From: Nemertoderma westbladi
Taxonomy: Eukaryota > Animalia > Xenacoelomorpha
Assembly: GCA_032718475.1 (NCBI GenBank)
Contig: JAUCBJ010000648.1
Span: 62,001-126,000, forward strand
DNA: 64,000 bases
Reading direction: 5' to 3'
In this document: one piece after another, positions 12,583-26,100 of the stretch
How the letters are laid out: the number at the start of each line of letters is the position of its first letter
How positions within the stretch are numbered: the stretch's first letter is position 1
The notes under the pieces: generated by a model
Told to the model about the DNA's origin: nothing
The model's input: only the letters and a program-made list of their open reading frames with translations
Databases searched by the model: none
Program-made: the position numbers and the translations under genes

Positions 12583-13980
12583 CAATAATCCTAAGGGATT
12601 TTCTGGGACTGTCAGACTTTTGTGATTTGCATGCGCCGCTACGGTAGCTATTCAATAAATGGAGGGCTAAGGTGCCGGTAGGCGGTGGGCACATCGGGGG
12701 GTTGGGCGACTAAGGGAGAGCGGAGGATTCAAAAGCGGGCAACGCTGGCGGGGGGTCACCGTTGCGGTCGGGCGTTTCGCACTGTAGCATGCAGACCATT
12801 CGCCGGTACAGTAATTAGGGGGCTGATGATCCAGGTTTTGTCTCTATTTAGTATTAGGGGGGCAAGAATCGGGTTAGTTAGGAAGCCAAGATGTACCCGG
12901 GAGAGGCCTGCACGTATTACAGTGTGAAGTGTGGAGTACGAAGAGTGAATTGCACAACTTTGGGCAGTGAACTGCATAATCGCGAGCTGTGATTGCTGAC
13001 GCTGATTGGTGTGTTACTGAAGTGTGCCTATGATTACGAATGCTTAGGTAGGCAGGCGCCTTTTCCCTTTGATTGATTTCTATTTCTTAGTTTACAACAA
13101 TTAATTACTGATTAGGTCAAAGTAATACGGTATTTTAGGCTATTACTAGCGAAACCTAGTGTGTAATAAATTAGAATTGCGCATTCTGGAACTCTTAGTA
13201 ATTAGTACGCCGTTACATATTTGTGACTGTAATTAGTTAGTGAAATTAAGAATTAGTACGCAGCATAGCGGAGAATAGCTAAGGTAATAATTAGGGTACT
13301 GTAAACTATTCACGCTGAGCGGTTATTTGCATTAACGGGCAATAAGCTAGATCGCATTATTCAGTACGCACAACACACTAGTAATTTGCTGGCCTAAAGC
13401 CAGCTGCAGGCAAGTTTAGACCCAGAGCGGTATTACCCACGTAGAGATAAAATACTGTACCATTTTTGATTATTTTAAATATTCTCGCATTCATACATTC
13501 CGTTAGGGAACCCCCAGTATTCGCGATTAGAAAAGGCGTAGGCATTATCGTATTTCAATAGTAAAATTAGGCATAAGAATACTCTGAGTGCAAAGCCTCT
13601 CGCACTCGTCTTAAGTAAGCTTAGGGAGCTGACTCGGGTTTATTGTTTTGGTTATTCCCGCGTGGCTCATAGATTCGAACAGTTAGCTCTCTGTCGAGCG
13701 ATCGGCAGAGAAAGGAACAAGCGATTTGCAGGAGCCGTGTAAATTTAGTAAAATATATTAGCGGACGGCAGATTAGCGCCATCCAACGGTAAGTAGCGGT
13801 TTTGTATTTAGCAGCCCTACAATTTAGTAATAGCACGCTCCTGATCGCCTTTACTTAACAGTAGAGCAGTCTTTGTGTCTTATTGGTTAGGCGGGAACTC
13901 ATTAGGTTGGCAGAGAAGTATACGGGTATTTGTCTGTTCAACAGTTCTGCTGTTAGTATAGGGGTCGCGGTTGTTTATCA
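12583..13980 (+). repeat. 5' LTR of A, missing its first roughly 775 bp
   Basis: Nearly identical to 53375-54768; ends TTTATCA. Confidence 0.92.
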
Positions 13981-13990
13981 GTAATACGTG
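13981..13990 (+). promoter_or_regulatory. Putative self-complementary primer-binding site of A
   Basis: GTAATACGTG directly after the LTR; reverse complement CACGTATTAC at 12911-12920 and 53703-53712. Confidence 0.7.
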
Positions 13991-15217
13991 ATTTGTTTGC
14001 TGTAGGCTGTAGCGTACAGTAAATAGAGTATTCTTAGGCTGTTAGGTAGGATTACTGTTACTGCCGTATCAGTAATACGTGTATATTGTTTTGCTGTACT
14101 GCATACAGTAAATACGAATTAGATTACTGTATTAGGCACTGTACTGCGTACAGTAAGACAGATAGTGTATTCTTAGGCTGTTAATTTAGATTACTGTATT
14201 CATTGGTCGCATGCAGTAGTACTGTAGTACAGTAGTACATTAGGCTGATTGCTGTTACTGCGTACGGTAGAAAGGACATTTGTTTTGCTGTACCACACAC
14301 AGTATCATTAGGCTGTTAGGTTGGTGTACTGTTTTACTTACTGTACTGCATACAGTGGATGTACGGTAGTGCGTTTTACTAATTGCGAATACAGCAGTTC
14401 CTTAGGCCTTAGGGCGAATAGTAATTAGTAAGTTTTTGAAAATTTTAGCTAGGTTTGCGAGAATTCAGTTTCGGTCAAAATCATTTGTAAAATTCTAGAG
14501 TTTTGTACCGGTATGTTAGGTAACCGCTTAGTTTATTTTATACCATCTGGAGATACATGGCAAGACGGAACTTCTGAGTTTGGGGTTCGTGTGGGTCTGC
14601 GGGTTCGGTTTGCAATCAGCGAAGAGCCTGAATCTTTGGACGCGGACGTGGAATCTCACAGCAAACAAGGTTAGTTGTTCTGTTGGCACCATTGTGTTTG
14701 TGGAAGCAGTAAAAAATTATCGGTTGTTTAACTGCGAAGCTGAACTCAATTTATTAGTTAGGATAGTTAGGTTTAGCCGGCCATGGTTTTTTGAATCGCT
14801 CAAGTTAGAGAGAGAGTTAGAGAGAGTCGCAGCCCGAAGATGTAGCCACGCGCTAGTGGATACATATAATATTTGAAATTAAAATTACATTGATTAGAGC
14901 TATATATGTAAAATTAGAAATATTCGGGTGGCAAATTTATTTTGAATATTTTGTATTAGATTCAGAAATTATTTTGTGTCATACCGGTATTTAATTGCTA
15001 TATAATAGCTATATAATAATATTTTTGTTTAAATATTGTGCTAGTATTTGCTATAACTATACCCCATTAAATTCACAATATTGCATTGCGAATTTATTTT
15101 GACATTTTGGACCAACTGATTATTAGACAAATAATTTGACCGTATTTTCGGTTAAATTATAATTATATCTCGAAATTTTGCGAGATTTTTGCCGGAAGGC
15201 AAAACATTATTTAGACT

Positions 15218-18200
15218 ATGAGTGTCTCAGACAAGGAGGCACTAGAGGACAGCTATGAGACGGCGGCTGGACCGCCGACTGACGATAGCGTCAATATTAC
15301 TGTTGACGACAATGCCGACTATGATGACGCAGCGAGCGACGCTGACGTAAGTGAACAGGAGGACGAGACAGTGACTAGTGAGGAAGAACAACAACCTCAA
15401 GTAATAGTATTAGGATCCCCTACCGCTACTGTAAGGAAGGACTGCACAGCAGCCCGGACAGAGGTGAGTGATAGGGATGGTAGTGTAGCAGAAGCGAGAG
15501 CCCGGAGCCCGGTTTCCAGACCTGTGGGTATGGTAAGTGCCGTGGTCCCAACGGCTGTAAGGAGTACCCGTAGTTCCCGAAATAATCCTTCAAGTCCACC
15601 GAGTGTGAGTCAGGTAAGCGAGAGAGAACTAGACATCGCGATAAAGAAGAAACTTCGCGTGCACGCCGGACATATAACTCGGACGACGGACAAGGTAAGG
15701 AAGATGTTAGCAGACTCAGCGAACATCGAAAGGGTAGGGTTAGTAGAGATTAGAAGGGGATATAACTCAGCGTTATTCAAGCAGACAGAGGAGCTTGCAG
15801 TCCTAGCGAAGAGAGCAGTGGAGTCTCAGTCGAGCGACGTGGCGACGAGGATTTACGACAGGGTTTTAGCAGCCTTGCTAGAGCACCGCGAGTTATCGGA
15901 GCGATTTCGACGAGTTAGGACGGAGAACTGGCTGCTATGGGCATCACAAGCGCAGGCGACTCAGGTGAGTGATGCAGAGTTGAGAGACTTAGTGGAGCGA
16001 GAAGAGATCCAAGATAAAGAAGAGCGCCGTTATCAGAGGGAAGTTACTAGCTGGCTGATGCAGAATGGAGTGGTGGTACCGGGCCAGGTGCTACCGACGA
16101 CGGAGAACATTCAACAGAGGACGTTGACTCCACCCGACGACGCATCCAGAGACAGTGGCGATTCCCAGGTTAGTCACGCGCGAGGGAAGGTTATATGTGC
16201 TAGATCCCTTGTTTCTCACAACTCGGCGGATGAGAGAAGACGCCGACTGGACGAAAAACAGGTGGAAGTTTTGCGTGCATCGGAAGCACGGAAGGAAGCC
16301 GAGCGGGAAAGGGAGCGAACACGTAAGTTAGACGCAAAGTTGTGGGAGTTGGAAGAGAAAGGTAAGCGTGAGCGAGCGGAACGCGAACAGAAGGAATGCG
16401 AACTCCAGCTCGAACGCGAACTCAAGGAACGCGAACTCCAGCTCGAACGCGAACGTAAGGAACGCGAACTCGAACTTGAACGCGAACAGAAAGAACGCGA
16501 ACTCCAGCTCGAACGCGAACAGAAGAAACGCGAACTCGAACTTGAATGCGAACACAAGGAACGCGAACTCGAGATCAAGAAAGAGCGACAAGCGTTGTAT
16601 GAAGAAAAGGCGCGTGTGGAAGAAGAGAGCGCAGCGAGACGAGCGAGGGAAGAAGAAGAACGTAAACTGGCGCAGTTGGAAAGTGCGAGATTAAGTTTAG
16701 AGAGCGAAGAACGGACTAGGAAGGCGAACGAAATCGCCGAGAAGGGGATGCGAATGATCGAAGAATGTGGGGCGAGTGTAGGGACCGAGTTGCGAGAACT
16801 GTTCGCACTGCAAAAGGCCGAACAGGAAGCGAGAACTCCGACTATACGCGAGTCGATGACGACCAGAATTCCTATACCCGGTCCAGCTATTACGAGTACG
16901 CGGATCGCTAAACCATTCTCTACATATCGCACGCCAGTTGGTATTAGTGCTTCACCTATCGCGCAGAATCCACAGCATCAGAACACCGCACCACTATACA
17001 CCGAACGCGACAACGGAGAGTTTAGAGGAGAAACTCCGACAGGACGAGTATTAGGCGAACCGAACCCGCGGGTTTGGAATACGCGGACGGAGCGCCGAAC
17101 CAGTGCGACGGAGAACTTCCGGGTTAAACCGGAAGAGGGATCATATGAGAGACAGCGGATTACTCAGATAGAGCCGACTATACAACAGAACCCTAGCCAG
17201 GAATTTATTACGAGGGATGAGTTGCGTGCTAGTTTAGCGCAAGCTATATCGCCGCACATCCAACCTATAACGGACATGCTTAGCAACCTACGGTTAAAGG
17301 AAGCAGCCCAGGTAAGGAGTAATTCTAATCCTAGCAGGCCTGAGTTAGATAAAGTCCAACCTAGTCAACGAGTACGCATATCAGAGGAGACTATACCACA
17401 TAGACCTCAGGTAAGGACGCCTGTCCCGAATATCCATAATCCCAATTTCGAAAATTCGGCCAAGAAATTTATTGAAGATGCTTGGGTCAGGGCCTCGGCG
17501 CGCAAACCATCGCGAGCGCTAAGGACTGACACCGAGTCAAGTGATGAAGAGGAAGACATGAGACGTCAGAAGTCCCGAAACTATAAGGAAAGAAGGACGG
17601 ATGCGGAGCAGGTAAGTTTGAACCACCGGGAAAGGACCAGACTTAACAACCCTGCAGAACTAAACCATTTGTTAACCCGGAACGACGCAACCCTTAGGGA
17701 CATAGGTAAGTTTGCTGCTAGGCAAGGACTGCCGACGCAACAACCCCAGAAGTTTATGGGCAACCACAAGCACTGGAGGATGTTTAAAACCTATGTCGAC
17801 GAACAGCTAACCAACAGCACCTTTACTCCCAACAAAGAAGTTCAACTATTTGCTTCAGATGCTCCATCGAGAACCTAGAGCCATTGCTGACAACTTCGTC
17901 GGCAATGAAAGAGCATTTGAGTTAATAATGAAGATGCTTAGCGACATCTACGGGAATAAAACCAAGATGGCACAGTCGATAGTGGAAGACTTGGGTAAGG
18001 GCGGAAGGATTACAACTCCGTTAGAGCCGTTGAACTTAGCGAACGCTATTTCGAACGCATTGGACATCTTGAAGACGGTGAATCTACCTCATCATGGTGA
18101 TCATGCCGAAGTTTTGAAGAGCGTAATAAGACGTTTAAACATGCGTTATCGACAGAAATGGCGCAAATTAGAGAATAAGTTGGAGGGCCAAGGTAAAGTA

Positions 18201-20444
18201 TTGACACTTCAGCATATTCATGACATGATAGCCACAGACGCAGTAGCAGAGATGAAATCAAACTTCTCAGAGGAGAATATGAGAGAGTCTAAACCTGTTA
18301 CCGGTAAGTCTATGGTTAGTTTTGATGATGACAGGACCACTGTGACTTATAACTCAGTAGACAGATATAATTCGAGTACCCCAGCCTTTAGATCAGACTC
18401 GCGAGTATGGTCAGGTGAGCGGTTAGATAGACCTAGGTTAAAGCAACAGGAGTTGCCGGATGGATTTGTAGGTTGCCAATACTGTTTACTAAAGGAGGTA
18501 AGATCTGACGACCATAAGTTAGATAGTTGCAGACGGTTCAAAGAATTAAATTCGGAACAGAGAAGAGTTCAAGTGCGGATGTTGGACACCTGTTGGGCAT
18601 GTCTTGCGCCAGGTCATGTACGGCGGCAGTGCCCGAACAGCAAGGATGGATGCATGGAATGCGGCAGACTACATCACAAGTTGCTACATGCGGATTTCCA
18701 TACCCCAACGGACCGTTACTTACAGCGAAATCCTCACAGGAAGGGGAGCAAAGAACCCGTATCGATAAGAAGGAATACGTACACTGGCATCCAGGACGAT
18801 GGTTACCAACCAGGTTCGTCGGATGAGGATGGCGAGTTGAGCGCGAGAGAAGTGACCTGCCAAGGTTTCACCGCGGATAGTTCATCGACCAGCGCGCGGA
18901 CGTATTTATCATCGGCCACGTCGGAAATATTCAGCGTGATTCCGGTGAAACTTACTGGCGATAAGGGATCGAAGAGAATAGATGTAATGTTGGACACTGC
19001 GTCCACATTATCTTATATCGACGAGGAAGTGGCGAGAGCTGTTTCTAGCTTCCAGGATGCCGAGGAGATCCAAATAGAGTTGAAGTCTATGCACGGGGTA
19101 GGTGACCTCAAGGGACACAGGATATCTGTAGAACTAGATTCCCTACTTCCGAGAGACCAACACACTCGACAAGAACGGAAAGCTTTGCCATTGGACGGAT
19201 TTAAGTGTCTGGCTATGAAAGGATTCGGCAGGCAGTTAGGTAAGGTGCCGCCGATGAGTCCCATAGCACAGGAGTATTTTGACAAGCTCAGGATACCGAG
19301 ACATCAGGTAGGTTATAGGAATGTTTCTATGTTGATTGGTGCAGAACAGCTGATCGCACACCAGATATGGGAAACGAGACCAGCTGAGCCGCATGTCAAT
19401 GGACCACATGCCCATAGGACTATACTAGGTTGGTATACACGAGTACCCATGTCTTATGAGTTTACAGGTGGCGACAAGCCAATGGACAGATACGACGAAT
19501 TACAGCCTATAACTCAACCACCGTTGGTAGAACCACCAGACATAGACGAGTTTAGGAGGACCTGTGTTGACCACTATAGTGACTTTAGCGAGTCGGACGA
19601 GGAGTTGATTCCCGATAATGTTAGGTTGTCGGAACCACTTCATAACGACCGGACAGATAGTGAACCCGAGGACTACTGTTATCAGACCCGTGGGTCTGGT
19701 TCAGCAGCCCACGCTACTTATCTGAGTAACGTTTTGACTTATACCAATATAGTGGAGGTTCAAGTGGCTAAATATCGAGACCTAGACATTTTCCAATACA
19801 GTGAGGAGGAGCTACAGAAGGAATTGATACGCCAGGACCTCGAGACAGGAGCCAGAACTGTCGAATGGCTGGATAGGGACGCAATGGAACCCGGTGGATA
19901 TGACCTAGCCATGTCTACTGATGAGAAACGGTCGCTGGAGATGATGGAAGACACCATACGTCTGCTACCGACTGGACATTTTGAAGTTGGAATGTTGTGG
20001 CGTCGACAACCACCTAAGTTGGAGAACAACTACAACTTAGCCTTGAAAAGTTTGAACGGAGTAAGGGCTCGGTTGTTAAGGAATCCAGTCATTAGGGAGA
20101 AGTATTGCGCTCAGATCAACAACTATTTCGCCAAGGGATTTGCTGGGAAGGTAGAGGACCCTGACTCAGTGACAGACCAGACTTATTACCTTCCACACCA
20201 CTATGTGACTCACCCTGACAAGCCAGACAAAGTCCGAGTAGTCAACGACTGCGCAGCAGTCTATAGAGGTATGTCCCTGAATTCAGAGTTGATGGATGGT
20301 CCCAACCTGAATAATTATTTGATTGGAATACTGTTACGTTTTAGACAGCGGCGATTCGCATTTACTTGTGACATCGAGGCGATGTTCCACCAGGTAAGAG
20401 CCTGTAAGGCAGACCAGGATAGCCTTCGCTTTCTCTGGTATGAG
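15218..20444 (+). pseudogene. Element A gag-pol, 5' part (Gag coiled coil, capsid-like region, zinc knuckles, protease, RT N-terminus)
   Basis: ORFs 15218-17878 and 17850-20564 are separated by a frameshift near 17830 (KFNYLLQML continues in the second frame, compare B REKFNYLLQTL); CQYC...H...C, CWACLAPGHVRRQC, CMECGRLHHKLLH; VMLDTAS; YLPHHYV...KVRVVNDC; DIEAMFHQV. Confidence 0.93.
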
Positions 20445-22338
20445 TATAGAATTATATTCTCTAAATGCCGTGGATTTTCAAAATTTTATTTTATTCGAAT
20501 TAACTTTGTTATAAAGATTACATTAAGTCCTCATTTGTATTTACTATATCTATTTGTACGATGATTATTCAAGTGGTTCAGTAGCTCAGTCGGTAAAGCG
20601 TTGGAAATTATATGTAGTAGGTATTGAGTTCGAATCCTAGTAGGTGCGAATTATTTTTTGTGCAGAATTTCAACTCATTTAAATTAACCACTACAAATTA
20701 AATTGCATTTGCCTGTACCTAGATTAACCAATGGGACTGTAGTTATTAGATAGTAACCAATGTCGTGCAAGTTATATATTCGCTGGACCAATAGTTATCT
20801 TTAAAAACCTATTAGAACTCATAGAACAATCGAGAATTTTCTCGATTGATTGCAGCACAAATTTGCTATAAAAGGTGCGATTTCGTTCATTAGTTAACAC
20901 AGTTGCAGACCGTTATTCTCACTTACATCCATTAGTTATTTCAGATTACATTGTATACATTATTATAATTGTTGGTTATCTGTAATAAAGTCAGAATTAT
21001 CGCTATATCTGCCCCTTTTCTATCATGTTTTACCAAGGTGAACTTAACTGAGGGACAGGATGGCAGGCTAAACATCGGGCCACAGCAATGAACGGGAACA
21101 TCTGAGGAATGTAGACAGGAGACAACCCGCAATATCATTCTTAGTTATTCGCCCATCGCCTGAAAGGTTAGACAGCGTTCAATGCCTTGCTATCTAAGTG
21201 TAAGACCAAAGATCGAAGGTAGAGGTAGTGACACGCTGTGCGCCAAAAATTACATCTAGGGACCGTACTGTCTTAATTCAGAGAAAACCCACAGTAGACC
21301 TTCATATTCCTACGGGGGAGAGGAGAGGAGCTCAGGCAGAGATACTAGTACACAGATAGGATGCAGGCACACAGGTACAAGGCATACACATTGGTAGGGT
21401 GCAGCAAACTGTACGCCTAACTCTTGCTAAGTACAGGTGCGTCTGTGACTGTTTGTAGTACAACGGTGTCCATTGCATTAGAACTTGTAGGCCAGAAGGG
21501 TTGCTGTGTTTTACCTGAATTAGGATTGTACCGTTCAGGTGGTAGGGCAGTTTACAACTAGGCGCAAATAAATTGAGGCTATTTAGGGATACTAACATCT
21601 ACCCTGTCCCCGCCAACATTCTGTTAGGAAGTTGCTGTGCCCATCTAAGCAACTAAAATTCTAGATAAGAACACCAGGCTAGCTATTAGTAACTGTACGC
21701 CTACTGTAGTAAACTAACACATTTCTTCTTAGTATTAGGGACCTGGTAAATTAAGTTGCCGAATTCTGGGCGTAGTATTAACCTTATGCCTGAATTTGAG
21801 TCCTGGAAATACACAAAAGGGGAAGGAGCCTTATCATTCGTGAGTATTGGACCTACAAGTTACAAAATTAGACAATTTGCAAAATGTACACCGGACCCAG
21901 TAATTATATATATGAAGGAGCAAAACTGACTTTGACTGTTTAGAATCAAGACACACGCGCGTTAGAAATTATTTACACCTCAAAATATATAAAATAATTT
22001 TTATCCATACTGTGCTTTGCCCGCTAGTTAGACATTTCTGCACCTAGCTAGCGTCTCTTTCGCCCAACCATATAAATCACACCGCGGCAAAGTATACGAG
22101 CGCCCTTAGTCCGTCAGTGAGTCAGCCTGATTTAGGATTCGCTGTGCGGGATTTTGTTTTATCGAAGTTTGTCCGTTCGTAGACTGTTTTCTGCCTCACC
22201 GGTTATAAGAGACTGATACTGCAATTTATATTCGCTTACTTGGAGTTTACTGTTTTGGTGAGAAGGTCGGATTAAGATTTGATTCACAAACTTTACAGTA
22301 GGATATTGCAGGGTATTTTGTTACTGTCTCTTCGAATA
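20445..22338 (+). repeat. 5' LTR of B (1894 bp, TA...TA)
   Basis: Matches 44649-46542; several CCAAT boxes, TATAAAA 20867-20873, AATAAA about 21567. Confidence 0.95.
20575..20659 (+). other. tRNA-like Pol III cassette inside the B LTR (also at 44779-44863 and in D at about 2297-2375 minus)
   Basis: A box TAGCTCAGTCGG 20582-20593, B box GAGTTCGAATCC 20626-20637, T6 at 20654-20659; acceptor and anticodon stems do not pair well. Confidence 0.6.
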
Positions 22339-22360
22339 GTAGGAATATGAAGGTCTACTG
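22339..22360 (+). promoter_or_regulatory. Putative self-complementary primer-binding site of B
   Basis: GTAGGAATATGAAGGTCTACTG is the exact 22-nt reverse complement of 21292-21313. Confidence 0.8.
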
Positions 22361-23165
22361 AACTACGGTTCGGTAGGACTAAAGTTATTTGAAAAAAAAA
22401 AAAAAATTTGTATTTTGAGGTAAAAGTTTATATTTGATTAGCTAAGTGCTAATTTTTTGAAATAAAATTTTGCTTTGAACCGCGTGTAAAATATTTTGGA
22501 ATTGAATACCGGTGTTTAAAAGGGTTTAAATACCATATTGTACCGGTACAAAATTTTCGTAAAAAGTAAAACCAAACTCTTTGTTTTTCAGGATTCAGAA
22601 CTCATTTCTAGACTGTAACGGGAGCAAGACCGTGTTTCACGAGTTTGGGAGATAGATAACCCAACAACTTTGGTTGGGAAAATTCGCACTTCGTCCGCAA
22701 CGCTGGAAACAGAAAGGTTCACGTCCGGTTTGTATCTGGGAATCTGTTTTTCTGGAGAATTATTGGAGTGGGTGAGTTTGAAAAGTTGCATTAATCAGTT
22801 AGGCATTACCGTATTAGTTAAAATTATTGTGGGTTCCACTGTCTCAAGTATTTATGCATTCCGTACGATTTCTTTGTTTATTGCTGAATTAGTCCGTAAT
22901 TATTTGTGTTTGATTTATATTTTGATAACGTATATCGTTATCCGATTTATTTGTTATAAAATTGGCCGTTAGGCTAATTTTATTATATACTTATACCGTG
23001 ACATTTATTTGCTGTAAAATTGGCCGTTTAGGCTAATTTTATCCATTTGCTATAAAATCGGCCGGTAGGCTAATTTTATATGACTGTAATTAGTACCGTT
23101 TTGATATAAATACGGTAAATTCGATACTTTGACACTCACATTTTACTTGAATTACAACTACCAAA

Positions 23166-26100
23166 ATGAGTGACAAACAAGAATATACGAAGAATACACC
23201 TACCGACTATGACTCATGTGACGCGGATAAGTCAGCAGTGGAAGAACTACAGGGGAAGACTCGCGAGCCTACCGAACCTACACCGTGTGCGTCACCAGTA
23301 CATCCAACGGGAGTACCGGATGCCGTAGTACGAGGCGACGGCAGGACCGAGGACTTTCTAACTGTTCCGCAACCTAGATACAGGGAAACGGACATGGTAA
23401 GTTCAGTAGGAAGCCAGGAGAGCGTAGTTAGAAGCGTCGGAGGATACATGGCGCATATTACCAGGAGTATTGGAGAAGGCCAACGCATATTAGACGAGTT
23501 GACCGCTCCGATGTCTCGGTTTGAGTTCTACACCCTCCAGGTTAGAGTATAAAGTAGAGTACATAAGTCCGTGGATAACCTTATCAGTCTACAAGATCTA
23601 GCTAGACAGAGACAGGACGTGGATACTCAACTTAGAATCCTCGAGAAACTGATGATCGCTAGAGAGAAACTGATTCAGTTTAAGTCAACCATTAGACAGA
23701 TACAACAGGAGCAAGCGGACCAGTTATTAGGTGAGTCGGTTTCCGACGAGTTGTTACAGCCCGAGGAAGAACAGGAACTGTACCGACTGGATGGACAATT
23801 GAAACACCTGACGGATTACTTACGCATGTGCGGCGAGGACGTCGGAGATTGGGAAACCGTGCCGGAAGCTATGAGGGAAACTTCACTCGCACAAATCGAG
23901 CTGGCACCAGGAATACTGGATCAATCGTTGGTAAGTATTCGTAGCGAAATTGGCGAGGGAAGTATGGTCACGTCAGAAGTTGCTCGACAACAGCAACAGT
24001 TCTACAGACAGCAACACGAAATGGAAGAACAAACTCAACTGCTAATGATACAAGCAGCGGTAGAGGAAGAGAAAATACGTGTTGCGAATGTAGCGAGAAT
24101 CTCTCATCTGCAGGAACAAGCTGAACTAGAAGCAGCCGAAATGGAAAGGTTAGAGTTAGACATTGCCCAACAAGCGGCGGCAGCCGAGTTAGCGCAACAA
24201 ACGGCAGCAGCCGAGTTAGAGCGACAAACGGCAGCGGCAGCGGCAGCGGCAGCGTCAGAGTTAGAGCGACAAACGGCAGCGGCGGAGTTAGAGAGAAAAA
24301 GGTTAGTTTCAGAAGCCAGAGTCGAGATGAAGACACGGCAAATAAAGGCTCAATCAGCTATACGACAAGCGGAGTTCGAGGCGCAACAACAACAAACGGA
24401 ACAACGAGAGAAGGAAGTTAAACTTCGTTTCGAACTCGAGAAGAAGGCGAGAGAATTAGCCAACGCCAAGGAGGATCTGGATCTTAAAGCCCGCGATAGA
24501 TCGATGAGATCTCGAGACGGACACGATTTGGACCAGATAGAGGTAAGGCACCGCCAAATTCAGGAACGAATGAAGGAAGGCTCGATAGGAGCACTTGGAC
24601 GAGAACGACAATTAGTTAAAGACTTATGTCAACGATTCCCTCAAGTAACTCCTATGTTTGCACCGATTACGACTAAGGAACCTGTTTCGATTGCTGGTAG
24701 TAGTAATATTTCTCCTATCCATGGTGCGACGGAACACAGGTTTGTTATTCCGGACAAGTTTACACCGCCAAGAGCAACGTCGTCGCCTATTCTGAAAATC
24801 AAGGTAAGTAACCCACCGATTACAGATCGTAGTAGTTTGTTGACCGGACCTGCACTACTGACGACTAAACAGGTGAGTCCACCTTCGACACCTAAACCCG
24901 TTACGCACTACACGTACCCAATGACGTTTAGGCCTACAAGGCCTTTAGATTCAAACGCTGTCACTCGACCACCGTTTAATCAGTTTACATCGCAATCTAC
25001 GACTTCGAGGAAGACCTGCGAGCCTACCGAACAACGGAGACCAGTGGAAACACGACCGTTTAACCAGTTTACATCGCAATCTACGACTTCGAGGAAGACT
25101 TGTGAGCCTACCGAACAACGGAGACCAGTGGACGATGTTCCGAAACGGAATGTTCGAATTCGTACGACGCAGCGGACACGAACACGTCAGCCACCGTATC
25201 CAGGTGATAGTAGTACTTCGAGTGAATCGGATTACCTGAAACGCGAGGTATTTAGAACAGGAGTGGCCGACGAATGTAAACGTGAGCATTCAGACAATTC
25301 CTTTATCGATAATCCTCCACAAAATACACCAACACAGAAAGCGTTACAACCAACAGACGCGATTAGTACGCAACAATTCGCCGATCTAATGCGACCAGTT
25401 GTAGACAAGTTGGCCCAGATAGAGGAACGTTTAGAGGAAACTCAAACTGATAGTTCGCGAGGTACCGAGTTCGAACACTCTAGACACCCGAAGCAGCAAA
25501 GAAAACAACCCTCGAGAGACACCTCGTATCAAAGAAAAGCGCCAAGACGAGAGAACATCAACTCGATTGCCAACCAAGGACGCGAAACTTTGAACGTGGC
25601 CGAGGAGATAGCGAAATTCGCAGCCAGACAAGGACTACCGGTGCAACAACCACCTAAGTTTTCTGGTAACTCAAAACATTGGCACACTTTTGTGGACTAC
25701 ATCGAAACACAAATAGCAGCGTGCGCCTTTTCATCAAGGGAAAAGTTCAACTACCTGCTACAAACGCTGACAGGAGAACCGAAACGTCTAGCGGAGACCT
25801 TTGTCGGTGTACCAGACGCCTTCGAACTAGCGTATGATCGCTTAACTTCGATTTACGGAGGCACCGTAAGTATGGCTAAGTCAGTGATAGAAGAACTCTG
25901 TAAAGGGGGGGCTATAACAAAACCCGTTGACTTACTGAAATTAGCTGACGAGATTAAGAACGCCATTACTACACTACGCTCGATTGGACAACTTGACTAC
26001 GCGAACACTCCGACAGTCCTATTGAAAATAATAGGAAGACTACACCATCGACTTCGTCGGGAGTGGCGAAAGATAGAATATCAGCGAGAAGAGAGAGGCG

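Noticed and set aside
12911-12922. Intron 3' end (TTACAG) as the source of the primer
   Set aside because: Only A has AG there, and the A would mismatch the LTR end; B/D and C lack it.
12823-12930. Hammerhead ribozyme near A's primer site (CTGATGA at 12823)
   Set aside because: No properly placed GAAA or stems; no equivalent core seen near the B, C or D sites.
17820-17880. Programmed gag/pol frameshift in A
   Set aside because: It falls inside the capsid-like region that is continuous in B and C; BEL/Pao normally has one ORF, so it is a mutation or sequencing error.
20575-20650. Functional tRNA gene
   Set aside because: Acceptor, anticodon and T stems pair poorly; kept only as tRNA-like.
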